Below, in pieces: positions 22,503 to 35,215 of a stretch of 64,000 bases of DNA; positions within the stretch are counted from its first letter, which is position 1; each line of letters starts with the position of its first letter. The DNA comes from Macrostomum hystrix (taxonomy: Eukaryota > Animalia > Platyhelminthes). The position numbers and the translations under genes were made by a program. The DNA is taken from positions 9,238,001-9,302,000 of the forward strand of contig CATNEN010000038.1 of NCBI GenBank assembly GCA_950097015.1, written 5' to 3'. The notes beneath the pieces are model-generated. The model ran no database searches, was not told the DNA's origin, and was given only the letters and a program-made list of their open reading frames with translations.

Positions 22503-24853
22503 TACAAGCGTACCTATCCCCCAAGCACGCCAACACGTCTTGCCCCCCCTGGCTACCCTGCTGGCCACTCTTTTGGCCAGCCCACGCTGCTGGTCAAAAA
22601 CAGTTTTTGTTTTACTTACACCGTTTTCTTTAGTCTAGACTCGTTTCATGGGAGACAGTGTTCGGCTTTTGTTCAATGATTCTGACGAGTAGAAACTGAG
22701 GAGGTTTGCGATTGCGTGATCGCACGCGCATGCTTATATTTATTCTTGTTTGAATGGAATATTTTACAAACTGCAAGAACGCTCTGGAAATGCCGAATTC
22801 GACTTTACAATATTTTGATCTCAATATGGTATCGAAAGTTTGCGAGGGTCTCTACACGTTCACAAGTGATAATTTACGTATCATTTTACGCATGCAAGAC
22901 TAGTTGAGTAAAACTGTACAACAGGAAATCAGGAAATCCATTTCTCGTATATGCAGCGAATATCTTAGACTGCTAGCTCAGCAGAGCTCGACGTCTCATT
23001 TTTCACTTCGAGTCCAGTTGACTGTTCTCACAAATGGGAAATTTAGCCAATCAAGAAAACGAATTATTTTTTATTCTGCAGTAACGCTAACTAAACCAAA
23101 AAGTAGAAATGACTATTTATTCGATTTCAAACAGAAACATCGGATGAAAAATAAACTGGTAACTACAGTTTGCAAAGCCTGTATATTGCCTAAAGCAGCA
23201 GTTAACAGCAGTAAATTGCCTAAAGATGTAGACATAGCCCACTGTAGTACGCAACCTCAAATAGTAGGCAAGGTGGTAGGCAGAGTATTGGCTCAGAATC
23301 AAGCAGTGAAGCGAAGAAGCCTCTCTCTGAAGTTGGTCCAATATATAAATTGTTCATTACCAAAATATGACGTCAGAGGGCAAGTTCTGGTCGACTAAAT
23401 AAATGCAGTTTATTTAGTACAGCATAAATAAGAACATATTAGTTATCAATAAACTGTCAATTAAAGTTTTTCATAACTATACGAGCGCAGAATCGTGTAG
23501 GCGAGCCTAAAGAAGCTTATGGAAGATTAAATTTATAACTAATGGTAAAAAAGCAATTGTGCCTGGATTAAAGGACTAAATTAATTTTGGCAATAAACGT
23601 GATTTTTAATATAGCACAACTAGCTACTCGGTTTGGTCATTGTGAGTAGTGAATTTAGTCTGGATTGTAAAATTTTGCCAATTGGAGTGCTCCCATGATT
23701 AATTTGACTGGGACGACAGGACAGGTTTGGCCATAGGACCCCAGTGGCTCTGTGAGTTCGAATGAGGCATTTCAATTTATGATTGATTTGACTGCTCGAG
23801 CATGATCGAAATTGCATGATTGGGAAAAGGCCATACTAAGATTGCCGACTGAACCGTGAATCGATAACAACGCAAAGTTACTTTAACTTGTTGTATTCCG
23901 TGCTGAATCGCCATTGGCTTCCACAGGAATTATCAAACAAAAAATTATTGCTAAGTTGACAGGCACAAATATATTAATGTCAACCAAAAACGGACAAAAA
24001 GTAGCAAGGCTACAGAGATTGAGCAGCAGGCATCGAGTTCAGGTTAGAAGAGTTTAGATCATTGCCAATGCCCAATAAGTCACTAAGTGGTACAAACCAT
24101 TCGTCTGGCTCGCTAATGGTTATAGGCGCCGTTACGGAACTTGTGGAAGCAGTGGAATTGCCAATAACAAAAAATTGTGCATTTGGCGAAGATACCGCTT
24201 GGCAACCAGATTAGCTGCAATCAAATCGGTAGCTGTCACGCAGACCTTTCTGTTGCATCCGTTAGCCCGGCCGTGGAAGGTGATGTGCTTCTTAAGAAAG
24301 AGAGTGAAGTCAGAGACAGTGCGGGCAGAGACAGCTATGTTCAGATGCTTTTCCAAATTGTGCTCAAAGCGACAATATTTTAAATAGGCAGCGATGAGCT
24401 CCTGCTGAGTTCGAGCTGGAAGAGAACGCCGATAGTGTGCCGTCAGTCCGGTACCCCTTCCACTCCAGGAGTTGCATAAGAGACAAGTGATGCGAATGTG
24501 CCTTGCTGTCGAATTGATTTTTATTGCTAGGCAAGATACTAGACTAGACAATGATAGATAAGAGAGTGAATAGATGACACGAGACCAAGATTTGACAGAG
24601 AAGAGATGAGATAGGAAACGGGTGAGAATCCAAATGCTGAAAGATGTTTTTTAAATGTAAAATTCAGGTTAATGTAAATGACCTACTTAAATTCCCCTTG
24701 GTGTAAATTACCCTTATAACATTAATAATACTTTCTAAATGTAATTAGAATTTCAGACCTAGACAGCCTGAGTGTGAAAAGTCTTTGTTATTGGGTGTGA
24801 TTATAAACAGGGGTAACAATTAAGGCCATAGCCTATAACCACAAATAGAGCTG

Positions 24854-25371
24854 CAGGGGTTGTCAAACTCCGCCCCACACGCCAGATGCCACCCTCGAAA
24901 CTCCCAAATCCGAACTGGCCAACAACTATAGTATCCTGTCTTCTCATCTCTCTCATTAGGAGATTAGAGACTCCTATTTCTCTTTAATTGTCTCTCCCCT
25001 GTCTCATACCTTGTCAAGCTCGTCTATACCCTGTCTTGTCTCTCCCCTGTCTCATATCTTCTCTAGCTCATCTCTCCTATGTCTCCTGTCTCTCTCATCT
25101 GAAGATGGAGAGTCTCATCTCGCTCGATCCCGTGCCTCCCATCTCATATATTCTGTCTCTACATCTCTGACTCATCCCTCCCCTGTCTTGTCGATCCCGT
25201 GTCTCATCTCTCTCTCCTGTCGTATCTCTTTTCTGTGTTATCTATCCATGCCAGTGTCTCATCTCACATATAATTCCTACCAGATTCTCATGTTCCTACA
25301 GTTAATGTGGCCCACTGTCGCCTTTTAGCTTTTCTCTGCGGACCACACACTAATAAGTTTGCCAACTCCTG
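24854..25371 (+). mobile_element. Non-autonomous hAT (Charlie-like) MITE
   Basis: TIRs CAGGGGTTGTCAAACT ... AGTTTGCCAACTCCTG; internal degenerate TCTCATCTCTCCC repeats; homologous to 29037-29434. Confidence 0.8.
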
Positions 25372-25434
25372 ACCTAAAGCAACTCTATAAGAACATGCAA
25401 ACATTAAAAAAGTTTTTAAAAGTATATTTACAAG

Positions 25435-25917
25435 TTGTATTCGAATTTGTTTTTATGTTTTTATGTTAAAAAGCAAAAATAGTAAGGTTGCAGTGCTAGA
25501 TACAAACAAAAAGTTTGAATAAAACAAACGAATTTTTTCGAAGTATTTTTCATAGACTCCAAATAAGTGTATAATGACTCTAAATAACTCCTAATTTGGT
25601 GAAAGCCTATAAAGTTATTTATAATGTCATAATGATTTCTTTTATAGACCTTATTTTTTTCTGGAAAAGTTTAATTCCGGATTAAATCAGAGTTTTGTAG
25701 CAGTTTTGCGTTACTGAGCTGCTTTACCATTTCATATGGACTCGCATAAATGTAAACTTGAACTTAACTTTCACTTAGACGCCAGCTGCATGGGTAGTAG
25801 GCCGCCAATCACACTCAAATATATTTAAATACAAGCTGAGCCAATCAGCTTACAGAGTAACTTCGCTATGACGTGCAGTTATCTGAGTAACAAACATAAA
25901 AACAAATTCGAATACAA
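25435..25917. mobile_element. Candidate MITE/foldback bounded by a perfect 26-bp inverted repeat
   Basis: TTGTATTCGAATTTGTTTTTATGTTT (25435-25460) and its reverse complement (25892-25917); no clean TSD. Confidence 0.5.
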
Positions 25918-28900
25918 GTTCATTACACGAATACAATATAAGACTACGGTGTACAAAATTACATCCCGAATTTCGGTGTAAATCTGGAAAGTTACCGTAA
26001 ATGCGCACATTCAAATGTTGCAAGAAAATCGCACTAGGCCCTACGCAGTTCTCCGTTTTGTACAATCAACTGTTTGAAATAATTCATGAATCCTACTCAT
26101 TGAATATCTCAAGTAAACCTATGCTGCAGCTATTGGCATACTTCAGTAATTAATTTATTACACTCTAAACATGCTATAATCCAGTGAATTGGATTATTAG
26201 ACGTTACACGCTACTGTAGATTTTTCCTAAACTGTTAACTATAGGCCTAGCTATATATTATAGGCCTATGATGTGATTTGATTTGATTTGACACAGGCCT
26301 TCTTTGTGTAATTTCTAGTTAGGCCTACTATTGATATAAAAATATTTTATAAAAGAAAGGGGAAAATTGCTAGTTTAAGTTATTTAGCTTTTTAGGCTTG
26401 TTGTCATGGAAAGTTAGGCCTAGTCAGTTTTTAAATGAATTAAAAATATTTTTTGCCTATCATTTTTACAGTATAGATCCACAGGCCTATCAGAGCAAGT
26501 TAAAGAGGAGTGTTGCAGTATCTGTCTCCATACAAAGTATTCACCAAAACTTTAGCTTGTTTCTAAAGTAGGCATAATGTAATTGTAATAATGGGAAAAT
26601 TCTAGTATCTCTACCCTATTCCTAGAGTCTCCCTCTAGCAAATAGGCCATAGTTCACTAAAAATAAACTAAAATTGCAGTAAAAACTGACAAGGAGATCC
26701 TGACTAGTTGACTAGCTGGTTCTTACATTTTTATCAATAGGCCTATTTGTAAAGATTTTTTGGCCTAGTTTTTTAGGGGGTCCATGTAAACACAAAAATG
26801 AACTAAGACTGAGAGACCACAACAGGACTCCACCATACTGGACCAAGAAAGCAGTTTTTTAAATATATATTTTTATATGGCCTCAAAGGTTGTTGATGTC
26901 TGGTTGATATTATGAAATCTCTAATGTGATTTTTTGCAAATTTTGTGTTACATTATAATTTATATTAGTAAATGTTGTGCCAATTCAGACTTTATACATG
27001 ATATAATTTATAGGCCTAGTAAAAAAATAAAACAAAATGTCATTTGACCAAGATAATAAAAATCAAGTTTCTAAAAACTGTTATAGACTTTTGTCAGTCT
27101 AAAGTAAGCAAAAAGTTTAATAAAAGCAAAAACAAAAAATGTAAATTCCTAACTTTACCTAGCTACTATATATGTGTATAAGCTTTCATATGGACCCTTT
27201 TTAGTGTAACTTGGCTGAAACTTGTGAGTTAGATACTTTTTTGATGAGACCTTTTTGGTCAGAGCTTTAAGGTCCAATACAAAAATGTATAACATATTTC
27301 CAAATTAAGAGTAAACATATACCAACAACTTAATTGTTTGTTATAGTTGTATTCTTGCATTATTATAAATCACAATGTAAGAATAATTATACCACTTAAG
27401 CTTTGGACAATCTTAAGAGGGTATTTGCTAGTAGGCACTTTGCTAGCTAATTGAACTTGTAATGAACAGTATAGAAGAAAACAATAATCACTAAGCAATA
27501 TTATTGTATTTAACTTATATTATACTTTTTTTGATTTGCATCTCCCTTTAATGGGTTCCCTTAGATGTTGCAGCCCTTTAGGCCATATAAATTTTTCATG
27601 CTTTTTGCTCATAAGTTTAATTGTTGTACGTTGTGTTGAACATATAAAAACTGCAATTCTAGTACATGTTAAACTATTAGTTTGTATTCTTAGACTTAAT
27701 AACTATAGTAAAATGGAATTTAATTAGAAAGTTAATCAGATAAGCAATTCTATAGCCTTAATTTAGCTAGTCTGCATGTATATTCCACAATGTGTGTGAC
27801 ATAAATAACTATAAAATTCCACATAAAAAATTCCTTTAGCTAGGACTAGGCCTTGGCCAAGTAGGCCTACCAAAAATACATAGACCAACTTTCTAAAACA
27901 GTTTTGCTAATTTATGTATTTTTTTTAAATTGTGGTTAAACCCTTACCATATTGTAGGCCTATCATTTGTTTTAATTACTAAAGCTTAACTGTTTGGAGG
28001 TGGCAAGCTTTAATTAAAATTCAAATATTCTAATTATTTTTAATTCTGCATTTATTCATTATTGCATTCTTGCACACTATATTCTATAGAACTGAGTAGT
28101 AACAATTTAAAAGTATGATAGGATTGATTATCTGTTGATTTTGTTTTTGTATGGTAGTAATGAGCAACTTGGTATAGTGGGTTCTCAGACATAGTTACTA
28201 TAATAATAATATAGCAGTTCAAATTATAGCTAAGTGACATGGTTGGCATTTCAGCATAATTAAAAAAATTAATGCAAAAATTATAAGATTACCCAATGCT
28301 TTCATTGCAAAGGTAATGGGTTCAGAATTATAGCTAGGCCTTCTTATATGATTCACTTTCATTTTTTGTGTCACAAACAGTAGTTGAGTAGCTGTTCAAA
28401 AGAACAGTCAAAAGTTTAGATTTTGACTAAAATGTTCCTAAATTCAGATTTTTGTTCCAAAATGTTGTATGTTTGAATTGATTTTAAAGCTGTGTCTGAT
28501 TAAACATTAGGTTGTAAACTTTTTATATGAAAATTGATAGTGTAAGGCATACAATAAACCCAGTTTAATACACGACAGCAGACATAAGTTATGACAGTGT
28601 TGTAAATGAGATGTCAATGTAAATAATGTGTGTACTGTGCTCAGTTTTATTTGTATTCAACAATTTCACTGAGAGTTTAATTGATGTTTTAGTAGGTGCT
28701 CCAAGCTTTAAATTTCTTGCTTTGTGAGGCTTAGCTAACAGAAACTCAGTGACAAGTCATGTGGGTGTGGTGCATGTTGATAGGGCAGGATTAGCTTCTG
28801 TGGCTTTGTCATCAGCAGGAACTCCACTATAGGCTAATAATAACTGTCCATTGGTTCCAGGGGTCGAGAGCTTGAGTTACATGACTTAAATATATGTAAA

Positions 28901-29036
28901 TATTCAAGGAACAATAAGTTTTAGACTAGTTTATATTATCAATGTGTAATTTCAGCTCACCAACAACAAAAAGGTGGAGTGATGTCAATAAACTTAGTCA
29001 TAAAATACTAGTTTACAAGTATATTGCTCTTTAGAA

Positions 29037-29434
29037 CAAGGGCTGGCAAACTGGCCCACGGGCCAGATGCGGCCATTGAAGCTGCGTTTCCCATTTCCCC
29101 TTCCAACACCAATAGTATCCTGTCTCATCCTCTCCGTGTCTCATTTGTCATCTGTCTTATCTCTCCCCCGTCTCATGGCTACCGTCTCTCTCATCTTATC
29201 CCCATTATCCTCATCTCTCCCTGTCTCACTCTTCTGTCTCATCTCATCCTGTCGTCTATTTCATGCCTCATCTCTTACCTGTCTCATTTCCCCGTCTCAC
29301 CCCCGTGTCTCAACTCTAGTGTGTTTCATCTTTCCCCTCTCTTATATTTCTACAGTTAATGCGGCTCACTGCCGTCTTTTAGGTTCTCTCCATGGCCCGC
29401 ATGCTAATAAGATACGCTAATAAGCCACCCCCAG
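29037..29434 (+). mobile_element. Non-autonomous hAT (Charlie-like) MITE, second copy
   Basis: Starts CAAGGGCTGGCAAACTGGCCCACGGGCCAGATGCGGCC; 8-bp TSD CTTTAGAA / CTTTAGAC; degenerate right TIR. Confidence 0.8.
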
Positions 29435-29571
29435 CTTTAGACTGTAATTTCTAAAAGCATTCATACTTTACAATATACATATATTTGTTATTTCATATTT
29501 TGTATATATATTAAAAATAGTGTGTGTGTGTGTGCGCTGTTTATTATCATTAGCAACAATCGCGCCTTCAG

Positions 29572-31037
29572 CAGCCAAAGGCGACGCCACTGCTCCCAGA
29601 GTCTTTGTCCAGCCTGCTAGGCGCTGGCCGCCGTGCCGCCGCACCCTCTCCTAGCCTGCCGGTGCTTCAGCTGCAGCCGGAGCAGCGGCTGGGTCGGCTT
29701 GGCCGCATTCAGCAGGTCAACCGGGCCCTGCTGCTCATGCTGGCCTGCGGCTTGAACTTTCGCACAGAAAGTCGGCGCCTGATTGGCCGCATCGTAACCG
29801 CCGGCAGGCAGCTCAGCCGCGGCGAGCCGCTAGACGGTCTTACAGCCGACTGCGCCAGGCAGGCCGCAGCCAGCTATGCGGCTATGAGCGCTAGCCAGAA
29901 GGCCACTGTCCGAGCCTGCATTCCTCTGCCTGCCTCCTTCACCCGTCTGGACCTGTGCGCCTTGGACCTGCAACATGCCGGCCCGAGCTCTGCTAACAAC
30001 TTCTTGATGAGGTGCGCTTCCTTAGCTTTATTACCTGACAGTAGGACTACCAAGCTATTTTTCACCCGTTTTTATACCAGGAAGATTTTTTGGTAGCGCC
30101 CGAATGCTTGCAGCGTTGGGTGGTGACTGATTGGTTGACAGACTTGGCGATGGTGTCCTGTGGTTGAGCTGCGCCTAATATTTAGGCTTGATCAGTCAAA
30201 GGAGAAATTCGCGTCAGGGTGTCCATAGTAGCCTATTTCCACCAGTTGTAGCCCTTGAAGGTCCAGCAAATCCGTCTAGATAAAGGTAGGTGACCACCGA
30301 AGACGGAGATGATGCAGGCACATTCGAATGACATAGTGATACATTTTGAAGGCCTGGCAAGGCGCAGTGCTAATTAGTGTATAGGGGTGAATGAAAAACA
30401 CAAGCGCTTATGGGAAAAATCAAACATTTAGCCCTTAAGAACGCAACCAATTTGCCATCAGAAGGCAGCCAATGTCCCCACAGAAGGCAGCCAATGTCCC
30501 CACAGAAGGCAGCCAATGTCCCCACAGAAGGCAGCCAATGTCCCCACAGAAGGCAGCCAATGTCCCCACAGAAAGCAACCAATATACACCCCTAACAGGC
30601 AACGAATTCCACATTTTAGCAACTCATATCCTCCCTTTAGCAGCTAACAATGTCCCCACTCATCGCAGATTCGAGCTCAGGTAGTTCAGTACATTTCTCA
30701 TTGATTGACTTATATTTGTGCTACCAGATGCGTCCGTGTTGGCGTCTCACTCCGCCTGTTCGGCTGTCACACCGTGCCAAAAGCCCAACTGAAGCTGTCT
30801 GACAAGAGTTACATCGCCGGCGTGACTTCAAGGTTCATGCCTAGTCCGGAGGTGGTCGCCGGGTCTTACATTTGGTCAGTCAGTGCTCAAAGAGTCCTGG
30901 TATTTAACGGCCTGAAATTGTGCGGTCCGGAGCGAGTGTTTATTGACACAGACGGCAGCGCATTGAGAACCGGCGATTGGACTATTAACTATCTGAATCT
31001 TATGCTACGTACAGATGCACAGTTTACTAATCAATAG
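29572..31037 (+). CDS. Hypothetical gene, last two exons ~29572-30011 and 30728-31037; start unresolved
   Basis: GC-rich open frame after CCTTCAG. Donor AG|gtgcgc (phase 2) joins in frame to ctaccag|A TGC (..NNFLMR|CVRVGVSLRLFGC..). AATAAA at ~31082. No homologue recognised. Confidence 0.4.
30459..30572. repeat. 22-bp tandem repeat (CAGAAGGCAGCCAATGTCCCCA), ~5 units
   Basis: Directly visible. Confidence 0.92.
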
Positions 31038-31277
31038 ATGGTTTGGACTTATATTAGCTATATATTAGTTAGTTCGATCTAAATAAATATTTTTGTCAAC
31101 TTGTAAATATCAGCCTCTTAAACTGGTCGCTTTCTATAAAGATAAAAATCTATTGGTAATTTGAAGCATTTTGTTCACAATCAGTGTCTTCTGCCTTAAA
31201 TAAATTATGATAATTACACAATTAAATTCCGTTATCAGGTTTGCGTGTTGCGTATTTTGACATTGAGTTTAGTTTTA

Positions 31278-32976
31278 TGTGCCTATTACTAACAGTCCAT
31301 TTACCTGTCCTGTCTGTGCCTATCACTAACAGTCCATTTACCTGTCCTGTCTGTGCCTATTACTAACAGTCCATTTACCTGTCCTGTCTGTGCCTATCAC
31401 TAACAGTCCATTTACCTGTCCTGTCTGTGCCTATTACTAACAGTCCATTTACCTGTCCTGTCTGTGTCTATTACTAACAGTCCATTTACCTGTCCTGTCT
31501 GTGCCTATCACTAACAGTCCATTTACCTGTCCTGTCTGTGCCTATTACTAACAGTCCATTTACCTGTCCTGTCTGTGCATATTACTAACAGTCCATTTAC
31601 CTGTCCTGTCTGTGCATATTACTAACAGTCCATTTACCTGTCCTGTCTGTGCCTATCACTAACAGTCCATTTACCTGTCCTGTCTGTGCCTATTACTAAC
31701 AGTCCATTTACCTGTCCTGTCTGTGCCTATCACTAACAGTCCATTTACCTGTCCGGTCTGTGCCTATTACTAACAGTCCATTTACCTGTCCGGTCTGTGC
31801 CTATTACTAACAGTCCATTTACCTGTCCTGTCTGTGCCTATTACTAACAGTCCATTTACCTGTCCTGTCTGTGCCTATTACTAACAGTCCATTTACCTGT
31901 CCTGTCTGTGCCTATTACTAACAGTCCATTTACCTGTCCTGTCTGTGCCTATTACTAACAGTCCATTTACCTGTCCTGTCTGTGCCTATTACTAACAGTC
32001 CATTTACCTGTCCTGTCTGTGCCTATTACTAACAGTCCATTTACCTGTCCTGTCTGTGCCTATTACTAACAGTCCATTTACCTGTCCTGTCTGTGCCTAT
32101 TACTAACAGTCCATTTACCTGTCCTGTCTGTGCCTATTACTAACAGTCCATTTACCTGTCCTGTCTGTGCCTATTACTAACAGTCCATTTACCTGTCCTG
32201 TCTGTGCCTATTACTAACAGTCCATTTACCTGTCCTGTCTGTGCCTATTACTAACAGTCCATTTACCTGTCCTGTCTGTGCCTATTACTAACAGTCCATT
32301 TACCTGTCCTGTCTGTGCCTATTACTAACAGTCCATTTACCTGTCCTGTCTGTGCCTATCACTAACAGTCCATTTACCTGTCCTGTCTGTGCCTATCACT
32401 AACAGTCCATTTACCTGTCCTGTCTGTGCCTATTACTAACAGTCCATTTACCTGTCCTGTCTGTGCCTATTACTAACAGTCCATTTACCTGTCCTGTCTG
32501 TGCCTATTACTAACAGTCCATTTACCTGTCCTGTCTGTGCCTATTACTAACAGTCCATTTACCTGTCCTGTCTGTGCCTATCACTAACAGTCCATTTACC
32601 TGTCCTGTCTGTGCCTATTACTAACAGTCCATTTACCTGTCCTGTCTGTGCCTATCACTAACAGTCCATTTACCTGTCCTGTCTGTGCCTATTACTAACA
32701 GTCCATTTACCTGTCCTGTCTGTGCCTATTACTAACAGTCCATTTACCTGTCCTGTCTGTGCCTATTACTAACAGTCCATTTACCTGTCCTGTCTGTGCC
32801 TATCACTAACAGTCCATTTACCTGTCCTGTCTGTGCCTATTACTAACAGTCCATTTACCTGTCCTGTCTGTGCCTATCACTAACAGTCCATTTACCTGTC
32901 CTGTCTGTGCCTATCACTAACAGTCCATTTACCTGTCCTGTCTGTGCCTATCACTAACAGTCCATTTACCTGTCCT
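31278..32976. repeat. 37-bp minisatellite (TGTGCCTATTACTAACAGTCCATTTACCTGTCCTGTC), ~46 units
   Basis: Highly homogeneous array. Confidence 0.98.
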
Positions 32977-34149
32977 CCTTGCCTGCTTGTATAACTATGC
33001 TTTCGAGGCATTCAAATCGTTTTGTTTGGCAGTTTTTAGTAGAAAGGTTGTAAAGACTGCATTCTTGTATATAGTTGGTACTTTAGGTAGCCATTGCAGC
33101 AAATTTACTTTTGAAATATTTTCAGCCAATATGACAATTATGCTGTTCCACTGACTGCTGGTCCAGATCTATGCGGGCTACTCAAGCGGAGCTTCTAGAA
33201 GAAGACGACCCGCTGCTTTCTTAGACATACTCAACTATCCGTTTATCGTCAGGTTTTTTAGAAGATATTCTTCATACAAATTCGCTGCTGGATCAAACGC
33301 CAATCTAGTAACGCGAGACGAGATTGGCAACAAAATTGATCGTCTGGGTGAGTGAAGCGCCGACTTTTCTACTCGTGTTAGTAGTAACGATGAAATTTTT
33401 TATGCGACTATAAATTTGTTTATATGATTTCAACGATTACGTTTGACTGTCTGTCTGTCAGTCTGTCGGTCTGTCTGCCTGTCTGTCTTTCTGTATTCTG
33501 TCAGTCTGTTCTGGGCCTGTCAATGATTTCTTCATCCATCAAGTTGTCTTCATCGTATCAGAAGTATATTTTATCTTCTTCCTTTTGGTATTATTTGGCC
33601 TATCCAGTCCAGAAAGTGTGGCCCGCCAGGCGCAGTACGGACGCACAATATATTCGTATCCTAATACGGAAGCAGAATCTAGTAAGCTGGATAGGCAGAT
33701 TTTTTTTTGTCTATACTTTTATGGATATTTTCTGCTGCTGCTGCTGCACATGTTAAAATGCCGAAAGCTGGTTATACGAGGCGGGATTCCTGGAACGACC
33801 GTATCCCGTGCTGCTTGGATGCTAAAGGCACCAACCGCTACGTAATTTAGACCGATAAGTTTCTTCTGTTGCTTCATCGTAATCCCGTCTCTGTTGCCCC
33901 GGCCCCAGTTAGATAGATAATTTATCTCCCAGGTGGTCGCTACAGCACCTATTCCTGACCTAGCATTTATTCGTTAACTTGCCGAATAATTAAAAAAATG
34001 CTTGTTTAGCAACTCACCCAAATTTTCTTAATGTCGAATAGCCACGTATCGAAGCTGCACAAGCTTTAAAACTATTCAAAGATTTCGTGGTGCTTTTCAA
34101 AGCTAGGAAAATTTAGTCAGCAGCTTTTTTAGGAGCCCATTGTAATCTC

Positions 34150-34360
34150 AGCTGAGGGGAGGCCGTTTAAGTACTTAAGCAAGACGCGCTTAACTCAGCA
34201 TTGTTCTGTTCGTGTAGCTCTAAAATAGCTTATTAGCTTGGTTGCTTGAGGCTGGGTGTAGCGTCCCACCAGTCCATGGACTGAACAACCGTTCGCAGCC
34301 TTCAGATGCGCCGCGCAATAGCTGCGGCTGTGCTGTCGGCTGCAGATGTGGCCCAATTGG
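34150..34360 (+). mobile_element. SINE family 2, degenerate or partial copy
   Basis: Shares CAGTCCATGGACTGAAC..CCTTCAGATGCGCCGCGCAATAGCTGCGGCTGTGCTGTCGGCTGCAGA with 42412-42681. Confidence 0.8.
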
Positions 34361-34974
34361 GTCAGGTTTAAGTAATTCTTAGTTATTATAATTTCATTAT
34401 CAGAAGGTGAAACTCATGGATTATGAAAAAAAATTCCCGAGTTTGACATTATGAAGTCCGGGCTTTGTGATTAATGCGACTCGTTTTTTTAGTTTAACCC
34501 AATGCAACGATCCGTCAATACCGTAAGCCTTGAACTTTGAAAATGGTTTTGATTAACCACCCGATTTTTAACGCAATTTCTTCAAAAGTCGGCAGTGGGA
34601 CAGAATTATTTGATTCTTCTGCAAGATTTTCCGCAGATAAAAATTATTTTTTGACTGCATATCGTTGTAAATTTTTGCGTCCATTATGCGGTTCTTCGCA
34701 GTTCGAGTCAACAAAAAAGTGAGAAAAATGCTTGGCTTAAGTGCCGCCTCGTCTGACTCACCACGATGAGACGTCGTCGAGAAGAATTAATGAAAAAAGC
34801 AATGCAATTGCTTTTCAACCCTCTCTGGCTCTTGATATATATATTTCACAATGTCTTTATGTCGCCTTGCATATTGACGCTAAGCGAAAAATTGTTAACC
34901 AGCTTTATAATCGTGTTCTTGTGACTCACCGAACTCGAAAATCGTCGATCGTAAATCCACGAACTAGTGAAACA

Positions 34975-35215
34975 CCAAACTGGTGAATACACGAACTTGT
35001 GAGTCATTGAACTGGTGAATACACGAACTTATGAAACATCGGGCTGGTGAATGCACGAACTTATGCAACATCGAGCTGGTGAATGCACGAACTTATGAAA
35101 CATCGAACTGGTGAATCAGGGAACTTGTGAATCGTGGAACTTTTAAATAAAGAACTCGTAAATCAAAGAACACTGGAAGCACCGAACTTATGAATGATCG
35201 AACTTGTCAATCAAC
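34975..35215. repeat. Degenerate 16/32-bp repeat (GAACTGGTGAATACAC-like)
   Basis: Visible imperfect tandem units. Confidence 0.75.

Noticed and set aside
22630-24551. ORFs of 139-164 aa, one with a CxxC..H pattern
   Set aside because: No recognisable domain or consistent splice structure; possibly decayed TE sequence.
30040-30350. Possible CR1/L2 LINE 3' remnant on the minus strand (RRSSTTGHH..)
   Set aside because: Too degenerate to call by eye.
31278-32976. CRISPR-like 37-bp repeats (also the 33/34-bp arrays)
   Set aside because: Head-to-tail units with no unique spacers, no cas genes, and a eukaryotic context.
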